Assembly (NCBI GenBank): GCA_964612055.1 | Contig: CAZTBI010000002.1 | Coordinates: 163,529 to 227,528, forward strand | Length of the DNA stretch: 64,000 nt | Direction: 5' to 3' | DNA from: an uncultured Bdellovibrionales bacterium | GTDB lineage: Bacteria > Patescibacteriota > Minisyncoccia > Moranbacterales > UBA1568 | Shown: positions 29,221 to 37,571 of the stretch, piece by piece | How positions within the stretch are numbered: the first letter of the stretch is position 1 | Layout: each line of letters begins with the position of its first letter | The notes under the pieces: generated by a model | Databases searched by the model: none | Told to the model about the DNA's origin: nothing | The model's input: only the letters and a program-made list of their open reading frames with translations | Translations under genes and position numbers: made by a program

Positions 29221-30990
29221 ATGATTGGTATCAGCGATATTGTGACGAGTCGCGAATTTCGACTACCCCTATTCTTGGTAGCTATTACGGCTATTGCGCT
29301 GCTTTTTTCTTCGCCGTATCTCTACGGGCTCGCTATACTGATTGGTCTCTTCCGTCTCGTGACTGAGTCGTACGAGCGACTCCGGATGGGGAAGTGGAGC
29401 TTGGACTATTTGGCACTGCTGACACTGCTCACAGCACTTCTTCTGGAAGAATGGTTAGCCGGATCAGTGATTGCGCTCATGGTGGCGGTGAGCGCGGCGC
29501 TCGAAGCCTATGGCACCAAGCAGGCAGAGAAAACCTTGCATGGACTTTTTGAGGCCTTGCCAAAAACTGTACTCTTGAAACACGGAGCGCATGAAACGGA
29601 GGTACCACTTCAGAGCATTGTTTCTGGCGATACCATTCTCATTCGCCCCAATGAGATGCTCGCGTTTGATGGCTATCTTCTTTCGGAAAAGGCGCTCTTG
29701 AATGAGGCGAACCTGACTGGGGAAATGGAGCCGGTGGTCTATGAAGAAAAGAAACTTTTGAAGAGTGGAAGTGTCAATGTAGGAGAGAATTTTACTTTTG
29801 AAGTGCGTGGAGATTTCGAACACTCCAGTTATCGAAAGATATTGAAACTGGTTGAGGAGGGAAAAAAACATCCCTCTCCTTTGACGCGTTTGGCAGAGCG
29901 TTATAATATTTGGTTTTCACTTTTTGCTGTGACGCTTTCTTTCGGCGCTTACTTTATTTTTGATGACTGGAATCGTTTCTTGGCAGTCTTGGTCATTGCG
30001 ACACCGTGCCCACTCCTCATTGCTGCTCCGATGAGTTTTATTGGAGGTTTAAACAAAGCAGCGCGCAAAAATATCATTGTGAAAAGTCCGTATGCGCTGG
30101 AGCTCCTGGCTAAGACGAAAGTATTTTTTTTCGACAAGACGGGGACACTCACTCTGGGTGAACCGAAATTAAAAAAAATAGAGTTGCTTGATCGAGGCCT
30201 TGATCAAGAGCAGGCACTTGATTTGGCCGCTTCCCTGGAGCAACACTCCTTTCATCCCTTGGCTCGTTCTCTCGTGAAAGAGCACCAGGCTCATTCGCAT
30301 CGCGCCCTTTCTCAAGTGGAGGGTGTGGAAGAAAAGATTGGCGAAGGAATCTTTGGCATGATTCACGGTAGTCGTTTTGGTGTCGTAAAGTCCCGAGGGA
30401 CAGTTGAGGGACTGGCTGTTGATTTGACGCATGAAGATAAACCGATTGCTCGATTTTTCTTTGATGATGAATTGAAGAGCGACGTTTCGGAAGTCTTTGC
30501 GTATCTGCGGGAACGTGGCTACTCCTTCGGGATTTTGACTGGTGATAAGAAGGCGAATGCCGAGCGCCTGCTTGGCTCTTTCGGGTTACCTATTTACGCT
30601 GAGTCGACACCGGAGAAAAAAGTGGCTTTGGTACAGCAGTATCAGAAACAAGGGAAGTTGGTCGGGATGATTGGTGATGGAGTGAACGATGCTCCAGCAC
30701 TTGCCTTGGCTGATATCGGAGTAGTCTTTTCTGGAAATGAAAACAGCGCCTCCATTGAAGCGGCTGATGTGGCGCTTCTCGGGCCCGACGCCTGGAGTAT
30801 CCGTGATGCTATCCATATTGGGCGACGCTCGTACCACGTCGCACTCCAGAGTATCGCTCTTGGTATCGGACTCTCCTCTGTCGGTATGATACTTGGATTC
30901 TTTGGTTTTATCCCGCCGCTGCAAGGCGCTATTCTTCAAGAAGTTATTGACGCTGTGGTGATTGTAAACGCCCTTCGCTCAACGTATTAG
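29221..30990 (+). CDS. Heavy-metal P-type ATPase, P1B-5 subtype
   Basis: TPCP, DKTGT, HP, GDGVND and QEVID motifs; no N-terminal HMA. Confidence 0.88.
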   Translation: MIGISDIVTSREFRLPLFLVAITAIALLFSSPYLYGLAILIGLFRLVTESYERLRMGKWSLDYLALLTLLTALLLEEWLAGSVIALMVAVSAALEAYGTKQAEKTLHGLFEALPKTVLLKHGAHETEVPLQSIVSGDTILIRPNEMLAFDGYLLSEKALLNEANLTGEMEPVVYEEKKLLKSGSVNVGENFTFEVRGDFEHSSYRKILKLVEEGKKHPSPLTRLAERYNIWFSLFAVTLSFGAYFIFDDWNRFLAVLVIATPCPLLIAAPMSFIGGLNKAARKNIIVKSPYALELLAKTKVFFFDKTGTLTLGEPKLKKIELLDRGLDQEQALDLAASLEQHSFHPLARSLVKEHQAHSHRALSQVEGVEEKIGEGIFGMIHGSRFGVVKSRGTVEGLAVDLTHEDKPIARFFFDDELKSDVSEVFAYLRERGYSFGILTGDKKANAERLLGSFGLPIYAESTPEKKVALVQQYQKQGKLVGMIGDGVNDAPALALADIGVVFSGNENSASIEAADVALLGPDAWSIRDAIHIGRRSYHVALQSIALGIGLSSVGMILGFFGFIPPLQGAILQEVIDAVVIVNALRSTY

Positions 30991-31005
30991 ATTGAGTTTG
31001 AACTC

Positions 31006-31035
31006 TTGACTTTGTCTGTTTGCTAAAGGTATTCT
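31006..31035 (+). promoter_or_regulatory. Promoter of array unit 1
   Basis: TTGACT-18-TATTCT. Confidence 0.65.
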
Positions 31036-31077
31036 TGTGGGGCAGTAGTTCCTCAACCCCATACCGAAAGGTACACC

Positions 31078-31824
31078 ATGAGTGCAGAACTGATAAACAT
31101 TCAGGCACAGGCAAACTTTTTCAACTTGAGCCAGAATCCCTATCCTGGCCGAGGGATCGTGGCTGGTCTCGACGAAACAGGCCAGTACATGGTTCAGGTC
31201 TACTGGATCATGGGGCGAAGCGAGAACAGCCGGAACCGCGTGTTCAAGGTTGATGACGAAACCGGGCGACTCTTTACCGAAGCCGCCGATCCGTCGAAGG
31301 TGAAGGATCCGTCTCTCATCATCTACAACGCGATGCTTGAAGCTCCTCCGTTCTACGTCGTGAGCAACGGCGACCAGACAGACACAGTCATCGGTGAGCT
31401 CAATAGAGGGCCGTTCTTTCTAGAGTCTGCTCTGTGCGGAAGGGAATACGAACCGGATGCCCCAAACTTCACGCAGCGGATCACAGCTGTGGGTAAGCTC
31501 GACAGCAGACTCGGTCAGCGCATCATGATGTCGATTTTGCGCAAGTCAAGATTCGGCGACAGGTGCGATCAGCACACCTATGAGCTGCATTCTGGTCCTG
31601 GCTTCGGTTTCTGCGTCACGACGTATTCGGGTGACGGGGACCCGCTTCCGCCTTTCCGCGGTGATCCGCTCCTTATGCCACTTGTGGGCGGAGCGGAGGA
31701 CATCGCACGGACCTACTGGGACGCACTCAACGAAGCGAATCGCGTTTCGCTGGCGGTGAAATGGATCGAGATCGGTAACGGTCGCTCCGACATCTACATC
31801 ATCAACGAGTACACGCAGGGGTGA
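31078..31824 (+). CDS. IMP cyclohydrolase-like protein (PurO-like Ntn fold)
   Basis: YPGRGI, YWIMGRSENSRNR, DPSLIIYN, SNGDQTD, YEPDAPNFT. Confidence 0.85.
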   Translation: MSAELINIQAQANFFNLSQNPYPGRGIVAGLDETGQYMVQVYWIMGRSENSRNRVFKVDDETGRLFTEAADPSKVKDPSLIIYNAMLEAPPFYVVSNGDQTDTVIGELNRGPFFLESALCGREYEPDAPNFTQRITAVGKLDSRLGQRIMMSILRKSRFGDRCDQHTYELHSGPGFGFCVTTYSGDGDPLPPFRGDPLLMPLVGGAEDIARTYWDALNEANRVSLAVKWIEIGNGRSDIYIINEYTQG

Positions 31825-31851
31825 CGTGAAGTCTCAACTCGTAATAGTCTC

Positions 31852-31908
31852 AAGCCGCAGGGTATCGCCCAGCGGCCTTTTCTTTTTTCAAACAAAACAA
31901 GTTCGAAT
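31852..31908 (+). repeat. Terminator plus conserved tail, copy 1 of 3
   Basis: AAGCCGCAGGGTATCGCCCAGCGGCC-TTTTCTTTTTTCAAACAAAACAAGTTCGAAT. Confidence 0.85.
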
Positions 31909-31914
31909 CTGGTG

Positions 31915-31943
31915 TGGACAAACTAAGAAAAAGAGGGTACTCT
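31915..31943 (+). promoter_or_regulatory. Promoter of array unit 2
   Basis: TGGACA-17-TACTCT. Confidence 0.6.
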
Positions 31944-31980
31944 TCTAAGTCCAATCTCGGACTTGTTCTTCGGGGGAAGT

Positions 31981-32352
31981 ATGCAATATCTGAAGTGGTA
32001 TGGAGGCCCGATCACGGGATTCTATGGCCGGATCGAAATCAATCGGTACAAAAATGAGGGTACCAAGCTTCATTTGACGAATCTTCCTTGGTCCGCCCTC
32101 GTCGAAGAACGCGCGAAGAACCCATTTCCTGACGTTCGCGTCGATCCTCATGGGAGTGACTATGAGTACGAAAAGAGGGCAAATGAGCTCATCGAGCTCT
32201 TGAACACTACCGATGACATCATGGTGTTCAAGATCGCTATGAATACCCTCATCAGGCTCGTTCAGGGCGAGAGGGCGTCACCTATCTATCCCGGGGAACA
32301 GTATCACCCGGACCTTTTGGAGGAAGCCATCAGGCTTTCGGAAGAGGAGTAA
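31981..32352 (+). CDS. Orphan hypothetical protein (array unit 2)
   Basis: ATG 31981 after a GGGGGA purine tract; 123 aa. Confidence 0.7.
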   Translation: MQYLKWYGGPITGFYGRIEINRYKNEGTKLHLTNLPWSALVEERAKNPFPDVRVDPHGSDYEYEKRANELIELLNTTDDIMVFKIAMNTLIRLVQGERASPIYPGEQYHPDLLEEAIRLSEEE

Positions 32353-32366
32353 GTCGTCTACCGCAG

Positions 32367-32422
32367 AAGTCGCATGGCAACACCCGGCGGCTTTTTTCTT
32401 TTCTCAAACCAAACAAGTCCGA
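32367..32422 (+). repeat. Terminator plus conserved tail, copy 2 of 3
   Basis: AAGTCGCATGGCAACACCCGGCGGC-TTTTTTCTTTTCTCAAACCAAACAAGTCCGA. Confidence 0.85.
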
Positions 32423-32488
32423 GCTTTATCTAAGAAGTGGGGCAGCTTCTAAAAGAGGTTTTAGTAAGCATCTTTTTGTATTTACATA

Positions 32489-32517
32489 TTGACTAACCTT
32501 CAAAAAAGAAGTATAGT
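32489..32517 (+). promoter_or_regulatory. Promoter of array unit 3
   Basis: TTGACT-17-TATAGT. Confidence 0.75.
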
Positions 32518-32571
32518 ACTAAGTCCTTAAATCTAAGGGCGAGTTCTTCAATCTAACCTGGGGAGATACCC

Positions 32572-33054
32572 ATGGCAACATACAGCGCCCCTTATTACCC
32601 CGCGCGCATCATCGAGACAGTTTCTCAGGTGATTGCGCTTGGTAGGCAGGCTCAACTTTTCGACCACCATAAGAGCGATGGGTGGTTCACCCTTGCGCTC
32701 AAGGATGGTGCCACGGTCTTGGGTTTTGCGGTACCTGGACCGTTGTCTGCCACGCTGGCATTTGACTATCGGCATCACTCAGAGGAGCAGGTCTCGTGGC
32801 TTCGGTCACACGAACTTCTCACGAGCAATGTTTGGGTCGAACACAACGTGAGCGAAGCGGTGGCTGCGCAGGGCTACGATTTCTACTTCAGCTTTGTCTC
32901 AGCGCTTCCGCGGGAATGGAATGAGGCCATTGTGGTGGTCTCGGCAGTGTGTATGCGTCAGTTCAACCAGAGTGTCATCGACAATCCGGCGTGGCATCTC
33001 AAGAGCAACCCGCATATCAACGAACTTCTCGAAGTGGCGCATTGGACCAAATGA
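32572..33054 (+). CDS. Orphan hypothetical protein (array unit 3)
   Basis: SD GGGGAG; 160 aa. Confidence 0.72.
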   Translation: MATYSAPYYPARIIETVSQVIALGRQAQLFDHHKSDGWFTLALKDGATVLGFAVPGPLSATLAFDYRHHSEEQVSWLRSHELLTSNVWVEHNVSEAVAAQGYDFYFSFVSALPREWNEAIVVVSAVCMRQFNQSVIDNPAWHLKSNPHINELLEVAHWTK

Positions 33055-33095
33055 CTCGGTCATGGTCACAAAACATAGAAGAGCCTGGCCAGCTC

Positions 33096-33128
33096 TTTTT
33101 TCTTTTCTCAAACCAAACAAGTTCGAAT
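33096..33128 (+). repeat. Conserved tail, copy 3 of 3 (after a different terminator stem)
   Basis: TTTTTTCTTTTCTCAAACCAAACAAGTTCGAAT. Confidence 0.85.
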
Positions 33129-33154
33129 TTTCTTTCAGGAGCGAAATACCCCTC

Positions 33155-34351
33155 TTACTTGTAGCGGAGAGCTTCTAGGGTATCGATGTGAGAAGCTTTA
33201 CGAGCTGGGAAGACGCCGGTCATGAAACCGACAAAGGCACCGAAGGCGATGACCGTCATGATAAACCACAGTGGACTGTAGAAGAGATCAACAGATTCTC
33301 CACCAAAACGAGTGGCGATCAAGTTGACGAAAAAATTGAGCACTTCACCTTCGATCATGCCCAAGATGACACCGCCTAAGGCTCCGAGGAATCCCATGAG
33401 TGTCGACTCCATGATGAACATGATTGAGATACTGCTTCGGGAAGCACCGATGGCTTTCATAATACCGATCTCTTCGGTTCGTTCGAGGAGGGCAATGGTC
33501 ATGGTGTTGAACATACCGATAGCTGAAACGACGAGCGCAATCATACCGAAGACCATGAGGACGATCTGAACAGCACCAAAGACCTTGTTGGCTTGGTCGA
33601 TAGTTTCAGAAATAGAAGAGGCGTTGAATCCTTTGGCTTCGATCTCTCGGTGGACCTGGTCGAGTATCTGTGTCGAATCACATTTGACCTTGAGTTTGGT
33701 GTAACTGGTGAGGGGAAAGCCGGTGAGTGAACCGAGTGAGAGATAGACGATATTTTCCTCACCGTCTGAAATGCCCGAGATGGTGTAGGAGTTTTTTGGG
33801 GTGAAAGAGCCCGTGCGACTGACTTGCCCGGATGCATCATTCTGGAACAGCGTAAGAGAAACCGTCTTGCCAAGCATTTCTTCAGGAGCGATACCAAAGA
33901 CTTGAGCCACTGCCTTGGTAATGATAACTTTGCTCGTCTCCTCTTCGGTGAAGAGTCGCCCGTACGCTATTTTGATGCCTTCTGATTTAAGAAGCGAGGC
34001 GCTAGAGCTTACAGTATTGATGTCGAGGGTGATGTCGTCGAATTTTCCTTGGCCGGAGAGCTCGAGAACTGGAATGACACCAACAACATTGGGGATAGCT
34101 TTCAGTGTTTCGATGGCGTTGTTGTCGAGAGCGTCTGGGGCATTTTCTTTACCGAGGGTGACGTCGAGTGTTACCAGGGCATCAGAAGTAGTAATTTTTT
34201 CAAGGAGAGTACGCTGGAGTCCATATCCCAAGGAAACAAGAAATATGATGGCAGCGATACCGACACTCATGCCGAGAATAGTCAAAAGCGTTCGCATGGT
34301 GCGAGCCTTGAACATACGCATAGAAAGTTTGAGAATGTCGAAAAAGCGCAT
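33155..34351 (-). CDS. MacB/FtsX-type ABC permease
   Basis: RTLLTILG..VG, ERTEEIGIMKAIGA, PARKAS..D.LEALRY. Confidence 0.93.
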   Translation of the reverse strand: MRFFDILKLSMRMFKARTMRTLLTILGMSVGIAAIIFLVSLGYGLQRTLLEKITTSDALVTLDVTLGKENAPDALDNNAIETLKAIPNVVGVIPVLELSGQGKFDDITLDINTVSSSASLLKSEGIKIAYGRLFTEEETSKVIITKAVAQVFGIAPEEMLGKTVSLTLFQNDASGQVSRTGSFTPKNSYTISGISDGEENIVYLSLGSLTGFPLTSYTKLKVKCDSTQILDQVHREIEAKGFNASSISETIDQANKVFGAVQIVLMVFGMIALVVSAIGMFNTMTIALLERTEEIGIMKAIGASRSSISIMFIMESTLMGFLGALGGVILGMIEGEVLNFFVNLIATRFGGESVDLFYSPLWFIMTVIAFGAFVGFMTGVFPARKASHIDTLEALRYK

Positions 34352-34354
34352 AGA

Positions 34355-35662
34355 TTAGCTGTATTTGAGGAGCATAATAATTTCGATTTCCCGTACCATT
34401 TTTTCTGCGGTGTGCTTGTGGACACCCACGCCACCAGCAGATACTTTGCTATCGAAGCGTTTCTGCATTTCGAGTTGTCCAATCTTGCTTTCGAGGCGGA
34501 GTTTCATGGTTGCCTGGAGACGGAGACGCTGTTCTTCGCTCAACTTGAGGTGGAAAAACTGAGTGAGGTATTCTGCGAGAGCGACGGCGCTGATAGCGGG
34601 GTCATCTTTGATGTTTTGGGATTGCTCAATAAGAGCCTGTGTCCGGGTAGCAAAAGACTCTGCCCGCATTTTGTTCCAGCCAGCGCCCCCTTCATCGAGA
34701 TCAAGATCGAGGCGTTCCTTGAAAACGGTGGTATCAATATTTTTGAAGAGGAGTTCTTTCAAGAAGGCCTCGGCCATACTGACCTGTTCTTCGTTCAACT
34801 CAGAGAGGAGGTGGCTCAAAAGTTGTTTGGCTTTGAAAGGAACCAAAAGAACATCAACCTGTTGTGGCAGAAGGCTTTTGAAAGACGTCATGAGCATTTT
34901 GAGTTCGCTTGACTGTTGTGACTCTTGGCCATCTTCTTTCACTTCTGGTCTGGTTATGGGCCGTTTCTCCTTGAAGACCTCTTCTTTGACGACGCGACCA
35001 TCTTTCATATGGATGACTCGGTCGGCATAGACCAAGTGTTCCGGGTTGTGAGTAACCATGATAATGGTTTTTTTGTCGATGGTATTGAGCTCTTTCAAGA
35101 TTTTGAGCACGTTTTCGGCACTTTCGCTATCGAGGTTACCGACGGGTTCATCGGCCAAGATGATTTCAGGATTGTTGACGAGCGAACGAGCAATAGCCAC
35201 GCGTTGCTTTTGTCCGCCAGAGAGCTGGCTTGGGAACTTGTCAGCTTGCTCAACAATACCGAAACGACGCAGAAGTTTGATACCAGCCGCTTTTCGTTCA
35301 CGAGGGATCTCTCCTCGGAAAACCTTCGGAAGGCAGACGTTATCAAGGATATCGAGTGAGGAGATGAGGTAAAAAGCCTGAAATACCATCCCGAGCTTCG
35401 TCTGGTGGAGTTCGAGTTCCTCGGCGCGGCTCATTTTTGCAATGGATGTTCCCTGAATGAGCACATCACCGTACGTAGGAGACTGGAGGCCAGAAATAGA
35501 ATAGAGCAGGGTCGATTTTCCGCAGCCCGAAGGCCCGAAAATGATGACGTACTCTTCTGGATAGATAGTAAGATTCGTTTCTTCAAGTGCGCGCGTTTCG
35601 TTTGATTTTCCCTGATTGTAGATAATGCGCAGCTTGTCAACGACGATGATCGGATCGCTCAT
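34355..35662 (-). CDS. ABC ATP-binding protein (LolD/MacB-like) with long C-terminal extension
   Basis: GPSGCGKST, LSGGQKQR, ILADEP, VTH. Confidence 0.93.
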   Translation of the reverse strand: MSDPIIVVDKLRIIYNQGKSNETRALEETNLTIYPEEYVIIFGPSGCGKSTLLYSISGLQSPTYGDVLIQGTSIAKMSRAEELELHQTKLGMVFQAFYLISSLDILDNVCLPKVFRGEIPRERKAAGIKLLRRFGIVEQADKFPSQLSGGQKQRVAIARSLVNNPEIILADEPVGNLDSESAENVLKILKELNTIDKKTIIMVTHNPEHLVYADRVIHMKDGRVVKEEVFKEKRPITRPEVKEDGQESQQSSELKMLMTSFKSLLPQQVDVLLVPFKAKQLLSHLLSELNEEQVSMAEAFLKELLFKNIDTTVFKERLDLDLDEGGAGWNKMRAESFATRTQALIEQSQNIKDDPAISAVALAEYLTQFFHLKLSEEQRLRLQATMKLRLESKIGQLEMQKRFDSKVSAGGVGVHKHTAEKMVREIEIIMLLKYS

Positions 35663-35786
35663 GCTTTTTGTTTCAGAATTGCCTTTAGCATAGCATATTT
35701 CGGCGTTCTTTTCTAAAGAATAAACATTGCTTTCCCTCCCGTCTTTCGTTATGCTCTATGTGCGTCCGTATACGATATTTTTGAGT

Positions 35787-35888
35787 ATGAAGAGAGTGTT
35801 GCTGATGGTTTTTACCTTTGGTCTAGTACAGACAGTGATCCTGACTTTTGTATTGTTTTACTTTTATCAACGTTCCCATGGACAATAA
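35787..35888 (+). CDS. Putative 33-aa single-TM peptide
   Basis: MKRVLLMVFTFGLVQTVILTFVLFYFYQRSHGQ*; overlaps the start of the next gene. Confidence 0.4.
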   Translation: MKRVLLMVFTFGLVQTVILTFVLFYFYQRSHGQ

Positions 35889-36606
35889 TAAGAATATTCA
35901 AAAATTACTGCATTTCTTCTTCTGGTGTCATGATGAGGCGAGTGCTTTTTTGGCTCGTCATTTGTTTGGGGTGAAACGCGGTATCCTGATTATTGCTCAT
36001 CTGGCTTTGTTCGGACTTTTTTTTCCAGAAATGCGGAAGGATTTTGGAGAAATGGCAGCGACGCTTCTCATCGGTATCCTTTTTTTGAGCCCAGTTTCCA
36101 AGATACTGCACATGAGACTCCTCCTTCAGATGATGAGTTTGCGTCGAGAATTGGGTATTACCATGGCCTATCTCGCGAGCGTGCATGTTATCGGATTTCT
36201 GATTGATCCACAGTGGCTCACTCTTTTGACTGATCCTTACCTGCAGGGTGGGGTGTGGGCGATTGACCCGGCCTATCTTTTTGGTATCAGTGCTTATCTT
36301 CTTACTCTACCGCTTCTGCTTACCTCGAATGCTCTGGCACAGCGTTCTCTGGGTAAAAATTGGAAACTGCTTCATCGTATAGTGTACGCTGTTTTTATTT
36401 TTACCATTCTTCATCGGATGCTGATTCGTGGCGGTGTTGATCCGGGAGGGGTTTTTCAAGCGATAGTACTGGCGTCGGCCTATATCTTGGCTAAAATATT
36501 GGCTTGGAAAAATTTTCTCCCGCCACTTCAAAAGAGTATCGATTTTTTTGCTTTTCGCTATCGTGAGTACACTGTTATCAGAAAGGCCCCAGAAACTCTT
36601 TCTTGA
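35878..36606 (+). CDS. MsrQ/ferric-reductase-like heme membrane protein
   Basis: RRELG, TSN, WKLLHRIVY and H ligands. Confidence 0.85.
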   Translation: MDNNKNIQKLLHFFFWCHDEASAFLARHLFGVKRGILIIAHLALFGLFFPEMRKDFGEMAATLLIGILFLSPVSKILHMRLLLQMMSLRRELGITMAYLASVHVIGFLIDPQWLTLLTDPYLQGGVWAIDPAYLFGISAYLLTLPLLLTSNALAQRSLGKNWKLLHRIVYAVFIFTILHRMLIRGGVDPGGVFQAIVLASAYILAKILAWKNFLPPLQKSIDFFAFRYREYTVIRKAPETLS

Positions 36607-36660
36607 GCAGGCTCTGGCTTCATGATAAACTAGGAGAGATAATCCTTTACGAAGTCGTGT

Positions 36661-37458
36661 ATGGAAAATGAAATGATGCCGAATCCACATCAGGAACCGG
36701 TGGCAGTAGTGAGCAAAGAAAAAGGATGGGCGAAAGAAGCGCTCCTTGTTTCTGGAAGCATTCTTCTGGGGAGTCTCATTATAGCCGGAGCGATTCTGAC
36801 CTTGAGCCCGCAGGTGGCGAATAAAGCGGTGATCAAGGATACCGACTCGAAAGTAGCCGCTGATCCAGAAGATACTACGGCTATCGTTTCAATAGATGAT
36901 GATCCAGTGTTGGGTGACAAGAAGAAGGCCAAAGTAGCTATCATTGAGTTTAGTGACTATGAGTGTCCATTCTGTAAGCGTTTCCATGCTGAAACATTCG
37001 ATTCTTTGGTGAAAGAGTACGTCGATACGGGAAAGGCTATTATTGTAGCTCGTGACTTCCCGCTCTCTTTTCATGATCCGAAAGCGACTATGGAAGCAGC
37101 GACTGCTGAGTGCGTTCGGAAAGAAAAGGGCGATAGTGCCTATTTTGCTTTCGGCAAGGGGGTCTATGAGGGTACCCAGGCAAATGGCAAAGGATTGCTA
37201 GAGGGGAAGCTGGATGAACTTATCAGAAAAGTTGGAGCTAACCCAAAAACAGTGAGTGCCTGTGCAGAGACTGCTGCTATCAAGGCAGAGATCACAAAGG
37301 ATATGGATGATGGGCAGAAGGCGGGTGTGACTGGTACACCAAGCTTTGTAATCGGGACACTCTCTGCTGATGGCACCGTGACCGGGGAGCGCATAGTGGG
37401 AGCTCTGCCACTTTCTGGTTTCAAATCGACGGTTGAGAGGTATCTTGGAGAAGAATAG
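36661..37458 (+). CDS. DsbA-family thiol-disulfide oxidoreductase
   Basis: EFSDYECPFC, GVTGTP; N-terminal TM. Confidence 0.93.
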   Translation: MENEMMPNPHQEPVAVVSKEKGWAKEALLVSGSILLGSLIIAGAILTLSPQVANKAVIKDTDSKVAADPEDTTAIVSIDDDPVLGDKKKAKVAIIEFSDYECPFCKRFHAETFDSLVKEYVDTGKAIIVARDFPLSFHDPKATMEAATAECVRKEKGDSAYFAFGKGVYEGTQANGKGLLEGKLDELIRKVGANPKTVSACAETAAIKAEITKDMDDGQKAGVTGTPSFVIGTLSADGTVTGERIVGALPLSGFKSTVERYLGEE

Positions 37459-37571
37459 ATCTTGGTCCGAGAGAAGGAAAACAGGGTTTTGGCGTACGAG
37501 TCAGAGCCCTGTTTTTTTGCTATACTGTAGGGGAGAGGGAAGTAAAATAAAAAAGAGATTGCCTTTGAAAT

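Noticed and set aside
31852-33128. CRISPR array or classical integron attC sites
   Set aside because: Spacing is 500-700 bp with whole genes between repeats; no cas or intI; no RYYYAAC...GTTRRRY imperfect palindromes
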